Below are positions 44,190 to 57,867 of a stretch of DNA of 64,000 nucleotides, one piece after another. The DNA is taken from NCBI GenBank assembly GCA_951406725.2, contig OX597815.1, forward strand, positions 111,290,001-111,354,000, written 5' to 3'. The notes under the pieces are model-generated. The model did no database searches. It worked only from the letters and a program-made list of their open reading frames with translations, and was not told the DNA's origin. This DNA is from Octopus vulgaris. Its lineage: Eukaryota. Both the position numbers and the translations under genes were made by a program. The first letter of the stretch is position 1. Every line of letters starts with the position of its first letter.

Positions 44190-44244
<55 letters not shown>

Positions 44245-44279
44245 GTAAGTATAATATGTGACAATTATTCGATAGCTAT

Positions 44280-44340
44280 GATAAAACTCCGAGTTTTGGA
44301 TGTGGGGGCGGAGACCCACGCCGGCATCTCATCAGTTATC
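44280..44340 (-). ncRNA. Decayed hammerhead motif of a further family
   Basis: Minus strand reads GATAA-CTGATGA-GATG..GTGGG..CCCCA-CATC-CAAAA (GAAA lost, CpG-type change)-CTCGGAG-TT-TTATC. Stems I, II and III all still pair. Confidence 0.6.
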
Positions 44341-44676
44341 GCGCCATCGAAAAATGCTATGAAAATGACCGTGAAAACAAAGTGAAATTACTGTGTGATT
44401 GACCGTTATGAAGACAAAAGAGCTATTAGAATGACCGCTACATAAGGGGAGGGAGTAAAGGTAAGGGAGTCCATACATACGCATATGCACAAGAGAAAAG
44501 ACGGCTAAAGGCAAAATACAGAAAAAAATGTGTAAAAAAATGTAAAAAATTTGCAATAACAGAAAAAACACCTCTATTTCTCTATTTACATAATATCGAG
44601 GTCTCTTTCATTCTTTTGTTGTCTTGCCATTTCTATCAATATATATAAGTGAGTGAGTGTATGTGTGTGTTTATAT

Positions 44677-44724
<48 letters not shown>

Positions 44725-44919
44725 GCTGTAAAAACAGAGGATACAGAAGATAGAATATACTGGGTACTTTATTACAACGATCGTTCGACACATCCTGCAT
44801 TGCATCGCGCTCATGCGGATGGGAAACTATACAATGTATATATGTATATACACACACTCACACACACATATATATAAATATAAAATATTATATATACTTA
44901 TATGTATGTTTGTGTGTTG

Positions 44920-44987
<68 letters not shown>

Positions 44988-45705
44988 ACAAGTGGATTTG
45001 TCTGCATAAAGAGTCAAAAATGAGTCGGAAGAGAGACAGCAGTGGTAGAAAGTTGTAAGAGAGGAGAATATGAAAAACAGGGAAATCTTTATGCCTGAGA
45101 TAGCTTATGAAATAAATAGGGAAGATGATTTAGTTGCAAAAATGATAGTTAATGCTATATTTATGGCTTGAATGACGAAGTGAAGGAGATACTAGAAATG
45201 CTGTAAGGTAAAATGTGTCATGGGAACAATGAAGTACCACCAAATGTCAGATATATGGACAGAGTGAAAGTAAGGGGAGCCACAGGCAAAGTAAATGACG
45301 TTTGGGGCTTGATTAGAACAGAAAACATTTGTGTTTTGAATGTCTTTTAATGCTGGCGGTTGAATGAAACGTACTGTTGTTCATTGTAGGATATAAATAA
45401 TATGACCATTTGTTTCTCAGGAATTTTTAAAGTTCGATTTAGTTTTGGTTTTAAGTATACCATTATAGGTATTTATATTCCGGTGAAATTAAGAAATCAA
45501 CTCGTAAATAATCGAAACCTCCGGGCCCATCACTGTACGCACACACACAAACACACATATATACACACACAGAAAGTCACATATCTATATATGTATTTAT
45601 GTATGTTTGAAGATAATCAAACCAAATTTCCATCCTTTAGCGTTACTTACCCAATAAGTATTTCTGCGAAATTTGGTGAAAATCCTGTTTTCCAGTATTT
45701 TCCAA

Positions 45706-45806
45706 AAGAAGAAGAAGAAGAAGAAGAAGAAGAAGAAGAAGAAGAAGAAGAAGAAGAAGAAGAAGAAGAAGAAGAAGAAGAAGAAGAAAAAGAAGAAGAA
45801 GAAGAA
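45706..45806. repeat. (GAA)n microsatellite
   Basis: Seen directly. Confidence 0.97.
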
Positions 45807-46305
45807 ATCAAGATGTGGTATAAGTTGCGGAGTCGGAGAGTAGCAAAAGCCTCTGGAATTTTCATATTCAAACGAATCAAGTCCTAGAACGTAACAGACC
45901 CGATCTAGCGGTGGTGGAGAAGCTGCACCGCATGTGCTATATAGTTGTTGTTACATTCCCCTTTGATCTACAAATAGTCAACAAGAAAGGCGAAAATATA
46001 GATAGATACAACCCTCTTAAGTACGAAATAAACCGGCAATGGAAAATGGAGGTGAAGAGAGTCCCAATTATTGTTGGGGCCTTGAGAAATGTATCAGAAG
46101 GCTTTAAGAGGAATAAAAAGGAAATTGGAATAGAGTGCCCAGTAGAAATGTTACAAAATGTTTGCATCCCTGGCACGGGCAGAAGAATCAGGGAAGTTTT
46201 AGATAGTTGAAAAGAACGAATAGCATGGTACAGTAGGCTGCAGTTAGGAAGCTCGCTACGCATGCAAGACTCCATAAGCTCCAACAAAACCTGTGATAAA
46301 TAGAT
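45807..46305 (+). mobile_element. 3' end of another R4/Dong-type RLE element followed by (TAA)n
   Basis: RPDLAVVEK..CYIV.VTFPFD..K..RY.PLKYEI..W..VPIIVGAL..LQ..C..GT.R.IREVL*, a short 3' UTR, then (TAA)n. Confidence 0.82.
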
Positions 46306-46384
46306 AATAATAATAATAATAATAATAGTAGTAGTAGTAATAAAAATAAAAAAAATAATAATAATAATAATAATAATAATAATC

Positions 46385-47075
46385 ATATTTTAAAAAAGGA
46401 TTGACGTATCTCTTCACAAAGCTAAAGAGTTAAGACGAAGAGCGCGATGCGATTCTAATTTATTGGTTGAACGACAACACGTTGATGGAATGACATCATC
46501 AGTCTTTAAGTTTCAGTTATATAACAGGCGAAAAGATAAAGACAGAAAAAAGAAAAGGAAGAAGTATATTTAATCAAACAGTTTTGTATCAATTTGATGA
46601 TATTCTCTTGTCATTCTATTCTTTCCTCCAGGGCGTGATGTTAATAACCCGCAAACATATTTCCCCTCATGCATTCTGAGAAGTGAAAGTGAAGCAGATT
46701 CAGAATATTTTCTGAGAATATGCACTTTCAAGTCTTTTTATTCAAAACGAAATACACGGCAAGTTCTGTCGGAATACTGTTATTGTGTGTGACGTCGAAC
46801 CTATGATCATTAAACCTTTTATTTAATTGTTCTGTTGTACTACCAACATAACTCAAGTTGTGTTTCGTGCATTCTGCCGCGTACACCAAATGGGAATCTC
46901 TACACGTCCCATCTTTTGTATAAATCATAACATTGCTGTGGAATTCACTTGGTGGAATTCACTTGATTCATGCTGTTACCTCTCTTGCGACTGTTTTTCA
47001 AGGCATTTTCCACACCTGAAGTATTTCGATCTACTTAAAACAAGAATCAGATATTATGGATAGCCTAAAGCTTAG
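46385..47075 (-). mobile_element. Penelope-like element 3' fragment (GIY-YIG endonuclease)
   Basis: TCRDSHLVYAAECTKHNLSYVGSTTEQLNKRFNDHR (GIY-YIG with the conserved Arg and His). After a frameshift, LRMHEGKYVCGLLTSRPGGKN matches E..W/Y I..L.T..P.GLN. Confidence 0.85.
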
Positions 47076-47094
47076 GCCGAGTCCCTAGAAGTAC

Positions 47095-47210
47095 CCAGGT
47101 GTGGCTGTGTGATGAGAAGCTTGCATCCCAACTACATGGTTCCGGATTCAGTCCCACTGCGTGGCAACTTGTGCCAGTGGGTTGAAACGAATCCTTCTGA
47201 GTGGATTTGA
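47095..47210 (+). mobile_element. SINE family B 5' fragment
   Basis: GTGGCTGTGTG..AAGCTTGC..CATGGTTCCGGATTCAGTCCCACTGCGTGGCA. Confidence 0.75.
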
Positions 47211-49690
47211 TTCAATTGTCTATATTCCTGGTTATTAGTTGCAGCCTTTTTCCAGTGTTATAACTTACTATGTGATGTCTTTTACTATCTGTACGAGAAA
47301 ACATTCTATGTAACATACAATGTAATATATATGGTAAAAATTCGTTTAATAAAGATTTTTAAATGATATAGTTCGTTCAAAGATATCTACAAATAATTAA
47401 TACTATATGCACCGTTTTCACTATGCTTGCAGTTGTATGTTTAATTCTAAATATATTTTTGAATTTGCCAGCAATGGAATTATAAATTTCATGACACAAA
47501 ATATTAATTTATTCTTTAGCTTATATTTGGCGAATATTATTGACAAATATATTTAAAAATAATATTAGATTTTACAATTGTTGAAAATGTTTAGGTAAAG
47601 ATTTGTTTTAAATATTAAAGGAAAGAAATATAAATTTATCAGTTTATAAATTTATATAAATTTGAAGTGTTCAAAAGTGGTATAATAGAAAATGCTTTTG
47701 TTTATTCATAGAAATATAATTTGAAGGAGATAACAAGCAGCTGTCACTCAAAAGTTATATTTACTGTTATTCGTTGTTAATAACATGTCTTGCTTCAGGA
47801 AATAAGTCTTGAAAAATTCAAATCGTCATTTCAAGACTACCATTCACTTATGGTATCGACGCCGATTTTAAATTGTATAACAATTGCATAAAATTCATTA
47901 ATTTCTTTAAATATATAAATATGCGCATTACTATACAATTTGTTTCCCTTATGTACCCATCTTTGCAAATACTTATCTACCTGTTCCTGCAATTATTTTA
48001 TCAGCGTAGAGTCTCTGAGTTTCATGATGTTTAGCATACTTTTGATAGGACTTTAATCTCCATATTACACTTCATGTACGAAAAATTTATCTTTGATCTG
48101 ATCATGTGGTGATCGGTAGGAAAATCTGCACTTCTCACGGCTTTTGTATCCAAGATATTGTTCTGAAATCTTCAGGTAATTATATATACTAAGTGTTAAT
48201 GGTTGGAGCATATATATATCATATACATCTAAGCATAAATGCATGTAAAGTATTTGTGAAATGTATACAGTTTTAACAAACGAAATTAATGTATTTTATT
48301 CCTCACGTTTTATATTTATTTTACACGTAACAATATTGATTTCTGGAGTTCGGGATTTTAGGAACCATGGTAATGTTAAATCTGCATTGAAAAGTTAAAT
48401 ACTACGTTACTTGATAGACTGATTCTCTGCAGACTTGCTTACTATGAGTTCTTCCTGACACTATTAATAATACTTTCTACTTAAACACCCTCACAGACCC
48501 TCAGATGTGTGCATGTGTATATGTATGTTTGTATGTGTTAATGTATTGATATCTGCCTTAAGTATATCTTTATATAAGAGGTACCTGTTGTTTCAAAGGA
48601 TAACTCAAAAGCTCTGTTGCTTCATAGGTTTAGCTAAATAACCACTGAAGAAGGCCAATTGGTCGAATCTTCGAGTTAATTTTCTTCTCTTCCCTTGTAA
48701 ATGCACGCGCACACACATACACACATATATGCATAAGTATATACATATATATACACACATGTATATACATATACATATATGCATATACATACACGTACAT
48801 ATATACACATACACACACATATATGTATATATATATATATGTGTGTGTGCGTATGTATGTATATGTATTTGCATATATTTATGTAGTAACGTTGTTTTTA
48901 TATAATCATTACTTTCTTTACGATCATTGGCATATTTGTTCTCATTAATATATATATAGTTCTCAGTAATATATATGATACATTTAAGTTACCCTGATTT
49001 TTAAGTAGCGATATTTTCCGTACCTGCGGACGTATTAACAATATTTATATTTGAATGCAGTCATTTAAACTTTTTGAGAAATACTTTAAATATGTATATA
49101 CATATATATATATATATATATACATATTAGTAAGCAAATAATTGAAATTAATTGTTGGGTACTTTATTATGATAAAAACTATTAATTAGAACTATAGACA
49201 TAATTATTAAAAACTAATATGCTTACTTCAAAACTTTGATACCTTCACTTCCTCTTTGACTAAACCTATTAGTGTATTCCGTTATCGTAATTTTTTTATA
49301 GTTTTACTTTTCTCATTACTTCTCCATCCTATTACGCCCATAGAAATATTAAGCCACCAATTATTACTTTGAGTTTAGTCATTTACTCATCGTCCCAAAG
49401 AGGTATATAAGCAAAATGGTATGATCTAAACATATTCAGCGTTTCCTTTTCCTCTCTAGGCTCTTCTTGTGTGTAGTTTTCTTCACTCTGATGAAATCTC
49501 ATGTTCCAAATTGGTTTTATTGCCAAATATGATGAACAATATTTTTTTATCATACCAATGGCAATACTATATAACATTGGAAGCAGAAACAGCTGTTAGA
49601 TAGGATGCAGTCTTTTTGTATTGAATTAAAAAATAATAATTGATGTAAGACAACTGTTGCTGATCAATATTTCTCCATTTTCTCCATATA

Positions 49691-49726
<36 letters not shown>

Positions 49727-49804
49727 TGTATGTATGTATGTATGTATGTATGTATGTATGTATGTATGTATGTATGTATGTATGTGTGTATGTATGTATA
49801 TGTA

Positions 49805-49860
<56 letters not shown>

Positions 49861-52229
49861 TACATACATTAGTTTATATGTATTCACTTGTTTCTGACGC
49901 GGCTACATTGTTATTGTAATACATTGTCCTTTTTTAACATTTTCTCTTCACTATGACGAGATTACATTGACAGAAAAAACGAATAAAAGTCTCATCCTTC
50001 TCAACATAATATTGCACTATTATCTAAACATATTTCTTCTGAGATCAAAATACATCATATTGGTTTAAGACCGTACTCATAGTTGTTTAGAGTGTATTGT
50101 TAGAACACACAGTTTATATTGTTTCATTGAATAATTATTATAACTTGAAATTATTTCAATTTTTTTTTATTATTATCTCGAAAAATTTCTATTTTTGTTG
50201 ATTATGTAAACATTGATTTAATTTGGTAAATGTAATCAGATTGGGAAATCATCAACAAGAGGCACCATCTTAATCAACATATTATTAACAGAACCAATGA
50301 CCTATCAATATGTGTGTAGTTTTGAGAGATAAGTTTATTTTCGTGCCGAATTATAACCAGAATCTACGAACTAAAACGACATTAAAATTACAAGATTAAA
50401 CTCTATCTCTCTGCTTAGCATAACGAATTTGTCACACTGAATGATTAAAATGCTGATATTTCTATTTCCAAAAATCCCGCATCACATGAAATAAATTTCC
50501 GATGTGATGTACTATAGAGATTCAGCGAAATTCTACTTGTTCCATACAGTATGTTGATTGCACATAGCCTGTTTAATACATATCGAAATTATCTTTATGC
50601 TCGGATAACAAAAATTCACTATCATTACAGTACTGCAGTCCTTTTGAAATGATGAGACGTTTATATTCGAGAGATATCTAACAGCTGCCTATAAAGCGGG
50701 GAAAAGAAAGTGGGAAATAAAACTAGATATGTGGGTTTGTGTATATATTTCATACAATAGAAACCCACAAGACTTTAGACGAAACTTTCTGCTTGGTATA
50801 ATCTAATAGGAATGAATCAAATACAAATGTAACCTCATTTTATTAGCACAGAACATCATTATTGTTAAAACTGATCTCCCAGCGACTCCTTCATCTGTAA
50901 GTTCCTTATGCTAACGCAGCTGGAATTTATCATTATCACCATGATGATACTAATGGCATAATGTAATATTATAGAAGAACGCGATAAAACCACTTCCACT
51001 ATGCTAGATTAAAGTAAAACATATATGTGTACTATTCACTAGTTAGTATTTACAACGAAAATGGTGTGGTCGAGAAAACGTAAGTGCAAGGATACGTGTT
51101 ACTCAAACCATGACTCTCTTGATTTCTTAAAAGCATTTACAGCAATAATATTTAACATGTCTTTCCACTTTCTCAGTATTGTTGTTGATGTTTTGAAAAA
51201 AGGATTTGCTGCATTTTCTCTCTGGCTTATCTAATACATGGCGGCTCCTATGATTGTTTTAGAGTAACTTAACTGCAGAGATCATATGTATAATTTTTTA
51301 AAGTTTTGTCTTATAACTGATGTTGTTCTACTGAGAGTATTCTCGTTGGTATTTTTCTCACTCTGATGTGTGTGTGTTAATGATGGGAGTGAATAGTAAA
51401 GTTATGTCAATGTATCTAGCACTTGATAATTCAAATGGTAGAAAACAGTACTATGAAATATTTAGAAAATTATTTGAAAACTGTACATCAGTACATATTC
51501 TCACATTATCAGAATGTATTGCTGGAAACAACTTGAAACTAATGTCAGTATGTCGGTATCTGTTATAATACATGACCAGCAGAGATATTGGACATATAGA
51601 AACAGATGGTAGGAAAACTCAAAGTGTAGATTGCTTTCATCACTCTGCTTTAGACGATATAGAATCAGTCATAGTGTTTTGGTGCTTATCCCAAAACTTT
51701 TGGGAGAAGGATACAACATTGCATCTTCAATGGAAAATATGTGATTGCAGCTTAATCCGAAGTGTTGTCTGTTTACTCAGTGTTCCTCTGTGATAAATGT
51801 TCCGATATATTGCATGCATATACCAAGCAATAATTTTCTGATGATGAAATGAGTTTAGAGGATTAATATTAAACAGGATCGGTTTAAAATTCTAATAGGC
51901 TTATAGAATTTTATATTTTTAAAGCATCACCTTCAAAAAGTTTGGTCGCGAATTCAAATACAATAGATGAAAAACCAATCTTTCAATATATAGCTTGAAA
52001 ATCGATATGTAATATAATATCCGAGAAACAAGAAAAAATGTGAGACAGCTGGAAGTCAGGAAGATGCCAGTCGACTTCGAGATAGTGAAGAACAGTAAAA
52101 AAATTGATACAACGAGAAGGGTCAAGATTGAAATTGACGCCACTGGAAGAGATAACAAGAAACAAGAATGAAAAAAACAGTGGTCTACATAACCATCTAA
52201 CTGGCAAGTAAGAAAACAGAAATGGCGAA

Positions 52230-52720
52230 AGAGGAGGAAGATTTGGATGAATGCTTGAAGTTAAGTAACATTGAATTATATTGTAGAGGAAAGAAGTTTG
52301 GTACAGTGGAGGTACGCTTCCCGACTGTGGAGTAGGCAGCAAAGCACTCCACTGTAACCTTGAAAGCGGAAAAACTTATCTCGGGAAACTAGTAGCGAGA
52401 GTGAGGGTTGGTAGGGTTCCCCCAGAGATCAACGGAATGTGGCTGCTAGCAGATATCCTTATAGACACAAACGATGACCCTCAAATACTACAGGTAAGCC
52501 ATACTAAACAAATGAATTGGTGGGGATATGGCCAAGAAGCCATAACCCAGGCCACCACACTAGACCTACAAGAGATAACAGAAGAAATAGAGTTGCAATA
52601 GGATGTGAAGTTGCGTGTGGTAGTAGAGGGAAGACCTCTCACATGTTACCACTGCAGAGACAAGGGTCATACTAAGGCAAATTGCTCCCTTCTAAACAAT
52701 CAAACATTCACGGAGGTGAT
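52230..52720 (+). pseudogene. Decayed non-LTR retrotransposon ORF1 (gag-like) with CCHC zinc knuckle
   Basis: VRFPTVE, RVRVGRVPPEI, then LRVVVEGRPLTCYHCRDKGHTKANC (CX2CX4HX4C at about 52644-52685), interrupted by stops. Confidence 0.72.
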
Positions 52721-53779
52721 ATAAGATGAAAGTAGCAGGGACGAGAACCTGAAGCAAGCTATGGAGGATGTAGATGCGAAGAGCAGAGATGAAGTCCAAG
52801 AAATACAGAACAGGAAGATAAAAGACATCAAAATTCCCCACACCCAAAGAACTCAACAAAAAAGAAAGAAAAAGAAAGAATTGACACTCAAATATCTACA
52901 CAGCATTCCACATTACAACAAACACACAAGAATATCGCAGACATCCCATTAGGTATGACCATTTGTCACCTGTGGTGGAATTTGAACATTTGAAGCCACA
53001 TTTTATTTAGTAAGATAATTATTTGGATAAACGTAGGATTTAGAAACAGTGGAAAATGTAGTTAAAATGGTATCGCACGGATGTGCGGTCGAGTAGCCAT
53101 AGCATCTTCATTTTTATATAAATTAATTTCATTCATCCGTTTGTTACTTGTCCCCAATTGTGCTGTCTTGTCTGTTCTTGTTCTTCCATTCTGTGTAGGG
53201 CCATATTGGCCAATAAAAATGAAATATGTTACAATCATCTGCAATTGATCGGTTGACTTGGATGTTTTTTGGGTAATTATTGTGATTTTTGTTGAAATTA
53301 TTGTTGGTAGTGGTACCGTTTTCCTGAACTTTTATTGTGTTTGTTTCGAAACACTCCATTTTACTGCCTTTTGGCAGATTTGTCGACGGTTTCCCCATTG
53401 AGGGAAATTTTTCCCTTGTTGAATATCTTTATTTTTTTACCTGAATGTTGAGCATAAGCTCATCAGATGTGTCTTCGTCGTTTTGTAAACGACAACTATG
53501 CTGATGATCTTGCAGATGTTTGCGTGTCCATATACGTAAATATTAACAAGTGAAACCAATGGTACGTAGGTAATCGTTTTTATTTCGTGTATTTTCATTT
53601 GTCTTGCTTATTTTTACATTTTGTTTTTTCGCTGAGATTTCTTCTTGATAACACATTCTTCGTGGTAATGGCGATTTGACGTCTATGTTTAGCATATAGG
53701 CTGTCCACGTTTAGTGGTCAGTCCTCTAAATTTTATATATATATATATATATAAATGAGTGTGTGTGTGTGTGTGTGTC

Positions 53780-54030
53780 TATTTATCTGTTTGTCTGTAT
53801 GTATGTATATGTGTGTGTGCAGGTTTGTGTCTCTGTGACCCCATCATCGTTTGCCAATCAGTGTTGTGCTCACTTCATTTCAACCTTGGCTTTGGCAACA
53901 GATATTGATAGAATAAGCTCCAGGTATAAGAAAAATATGATACGCAACGGGCGCGATTCGTTACACTAAAATACTTCAACGCAGTACCCCAGCTTGGTTT
54001 CAGTCTGGCGACTGAAACAACTAACGAGAA
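53780..54030 (+). mobile_element. SINE family B 3' half (diverged)
   Basis: (TG)n followed by GATAGAATAAG..CAGT..ACTGAAACAA. Confidence 0.6.
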
Positions 54031-54143
54031 AAAGGATACACCACCAACCCTGGCCAGCTTCATGTTTCTGATCGAGCTAGATTTCTGTAAGACAACTACA
54101 AAATTTACGCAGTATGAAGCCGAATCAAACTATTTTAAATACT

Positions 54144-54182
54144 AATAACAATAATGATAACAATAACAACAACAACAACAAC

Positions 54183-54254
<72 letters not shown>
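54144..54254. repeat. (AAT/AAC)n microsatellite
   Basis: Seen directly. Confidence 0.97.
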
Positions 54255-55805
54255 TTCAGTGATGTCATTGGGATGGAATTTGGTCTTGATAAATGTGCCA
54301 AGGCCACTTTCCAGAAAGGGAAACTGAAGACCCCCACATTCCGTGGAGTTGAATGTTGACGTCATAAAAGAACTCGAGCAGGAATTAACCTAGAAATACC
54401 TCGGAATAAATCAGAGTTGTTGCATTCAGCATGCCAGTATGAAAGAAAAGATCGGGAAGGGGTGTCATGGGAGAGTTCGAGCAGCCCTAAAATCCGAGTA
54501 ATATGCGCGTAACAAGATTTTATCTATAAATTCCTTACCAGTTCCAGTTGTTACTTATAATTTAAATCTGCTGAACTGGAATATAATTGAAATAAGGAAG
54601 ATTGACCGGAAAATCCGTAAGCTACATCCAAAGGCAGTAGCAGATCATCTTTACCTACTCAGAGATAAGTAGACTCAGGCTTGATCCAGTTTGAAATCTC
54701 TTACAAACCCACCACAGTTGAACTGGGAAAATGTCTTGAAACTTCTAACGACTGGATGCTAAGAAAGGCGTAAGAAGCTGCATTCTGTTATGAAAGAGTA
54801 CAAAATATTTTGAAGTGAGCTTATACCCAGTTTGAACAGAATGATGGGAGTGCAGCTACTGTAGTTGCAAAGGTTAAACCAATAGCAAAGTAAAATGCGT
54901 TTGAACAATTGGCTGATAGGTGGGAACAAATATTTTTGCATGGCAATTATGTGGCCCGTAGCAAAGAAGCTGATGTAGAGCAAGCACACCCATCAGTGAC
55001 TACGGAACTCAGGGTTAAAAGCAAAGAGTGAAGGTTTTATCTTGGCTGCCCAAGATTAGAGCTTATTCACTCGGAACTATCAAGTCAATGTGATGAAAAA
55101 TAGTGTAGACCCAAAGTGCCGATACGGCAACGATGGGATAAAAACAGTGGTCCACTTAATCCCTAGCTGTAATGTTTTAGCACCTGTAGAGTTCAAATCA
55201 AGACACGACAGAGTTTGCCAATATCTACACAGGATGATATGTCGGCATTATAAATTCAAAACTGCTGACAAATGGTACAAGCTCTCCTCTGTGGAGAAAA
55301 TGTAACTATTCTTTTGGACTTCTTAGTATGTACAGACCGGACCATCAAAACTAATAAACCAGACATTGTTGTAAAGACCAAAACAATAAAGTCTGTTTGT
55401 TGATTGACATGAACATACGCTGTGACGATAATATCTCGGCAAAAGAATTTGATTTTCTTAGAAAATATAAAGATTTGCACATCGAAATCGAAAAGATGTC
55501 GCACCTTAAGACGGTTAAAATACCAGTGATTGTAAGAGCCCTTGGAATGATGGCAAAGGAACTGAAAATTATCTAAGAATGATCCTTGGCTTACCATCCA
55601 TGCAAGAGTGCAAAAGATTGTCTTAACTGGTACGTCATACGTATTGAGAAGAGCACTGTCGCTGTGAATTTTCTTTCCCTTTTTCCCTTTTATTTTCTTT
55701 GTTTACTATTTTATTTATATAAAGATGTATTTCTTTTGTTATTAATCATGCAGACAAGAAACCAGTCTCGAGTGAAAAGCTAACAAAATTTCTATAACAC
55801 AGAAT
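54255..55805 (+). mobile_element. 5'-truncated R4/Dong-type RLE element
   Basis: FSDVIGMEFGLDKCAK, KYLGI, SEGFILAAQD, CRY..KTVVHLIPSC, SRHDRV, NKPDIVV, KYKDL.IEIEK, IPVIV.ALG. Starts in (AAT)n and ends ..ACAGAATAAT. Confidence 0.88.
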
Positions 55806-57867
55806 AATGCCTCTGCTTACTACCACTTCGATAGAACTTTTCGTCTCTCTATACGACGTTTCTTGATTCAACTTTGTTTTTGTTAAAAATATTTTGGACT
55901 CGGCACTTTACAATTCATTTATTATTCAAGTGAAATTCTTTGAAAGTGTCGTTGTTCTTTCAGACAGACAAGTAGAGACACTTGTAGGTATAGATCAAAG
56001 TAACATGTAACTTTTAAAGTTATCCTTTTTAGCATGTAAAATATGCAATTTTTTCAATGTCGACAGAATAATATTTTTAAACTGTACTTGAAGACATTGA
56101 GTTTCGTAAAGTGTGCGAAGAACGCGAACTCTGGTTAATATCAACGCTAAATGCATTAAAAATTTATAGATGTGTAGAGATGGCTGGAAATATTTATATC
56201 TTAATAATTTATCAAACATTACCAATTTGGCAAATGTTAGAGAAAGGAATACTCATAAATCAAAATATATTCTTCACGCTATAATGTTTATAAAACAAGT
56301 TACTGTCAACTTTAAAGTAATGAAAATGATTATCTTATTGCATTATACGGTAAGGATAGATTTGTAATAAAAATAATGGGTTTCATTTTCATGGGTGATG
56401 CTTAGGTTAATTAAATCATTTAGAATTAGTTTGGAAAGGTTGAACAATAACTAAAACTTGACTATATTAATGAGAATTTTATGTTCCGTAAGATGCCATC
56501 CCACTGATATATTGTGTAAGTATAAAACTTTATGTTTTAATCGGAGATACTCTCATTATGTTTTGTATTGACAATAATTCACAAACATGAAATACTTTCG
56601 CGTGTTAAAACACTCGGCTAGCCTACCTGAATGTAAGTACTTGTTTATACTGGTTTAAATTATTTAACAATATAATACAGCATTTATATAAGGCATTACA
56701 TAAATGAAATTTAAAATAAAAAACTATTTAACTTGCTTCTTGAAAGAAAATATTTTGAAAGTATGTTAGCGTTCCTTCACATTCAATGTTTCGCATGAAA
56801 TGGGATTGCGTGTATATACCATGTCCAAGTGTGTTGGTAGCGTTCCTGAGAAATGAACCCAAACTTCCTACAGTTCAATTCTTGTTCTTCAAACACTGCA
56901 TAATTTGTGATTTGATTAATGTACATATTACTAAAAACACTTAACTTCATTGGATTTTAATGTTCACATTCGAAATACAGTATCGATGTTGGAACATATT
57001 CTTCTATCGATCCACTCGACTGATTATCATAACAAATTTCTTAAATACCTATCAAACCAATTTTCATCGACTTTTTTTTCTTAGATGGATTCATTCTGAG
57101 CCACGAATACTAGAGTTGAAATATATAGACACTTGAACACTGAAACCAGAAAGGCAATTAAAACTTGTGACAAGTGACAGCCACTCTAACATTGAATCGA
57201 CTTAACCAGCATCTATTGACTACAGTAGTTATTGGAATAAATGCATCATGTGAAATTTGTAACAATTCAAACAAATTATGCCATATACTTCTCACCTCGA
57301 CATTGCAGGTACGGAGCGCTGAGGTAATTATTTTCAGTCAAGAAAATAACATTTCATGGATACGTGTCGTGTTTCATCAAATTAAGCATAAGCAATATTA
57401 AATGAAATGCAGATTAACAAATTTTGCCAACAAGTTTTCGTATATCAGCTTCACGGAATATCGATTATTTATTTACGCACAAGGTCAAAATTATATTTGA
57501 TGAAGAAATGTGTTTAATATTTAACACCTATATATGTCTTTATGCCTAAATTTGAATGTACACATATTTAAAATGCAGAGGGTGGAAATATTCATATGCA
57601 TACGTACACAAGCATACATATACATGCACATATATAAACACACCTGCATGTGTGAGTGTGTATGTGTGTGTTGTGTGCGTGCTTCTGTGAGTATACGCTT
57701 ATATCAATGCGAGTGTGGATATACTTCACAATTTTAAACATGCATACAAATCTTCCTCTCTCTTCTTTTCCTCTCCTATCTCTCTATCATTCTTTCTCTC
57801 TTACTCTCTTTATAGATATGCGTGTGTGTACATATACATACATACATACATACATATATATATATAT

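Larger units (their letters stand above)
43605..44190. mobile_element. Penelope-type inverted pseudo-LTR pair with a hammerhead in each arm
   Basis: 43605-43798 is the reverse complement of 43930-44190; the right arm has about 68 extra bp. The region is flanked by (TA)n. Confidence 0.78.

Noticed and set aside
53440-53480. Minus-strand CTGATGA followed by a GAGC/GCTC hairpin
   Set aside because: Lacks GAAA and stems I and III, so it is not a hammerhead.
53062-53720. Minus-strand A-rich ORF fragments resembling a retroelement leader
   Set aside because: No assignable motif; left unannotated.
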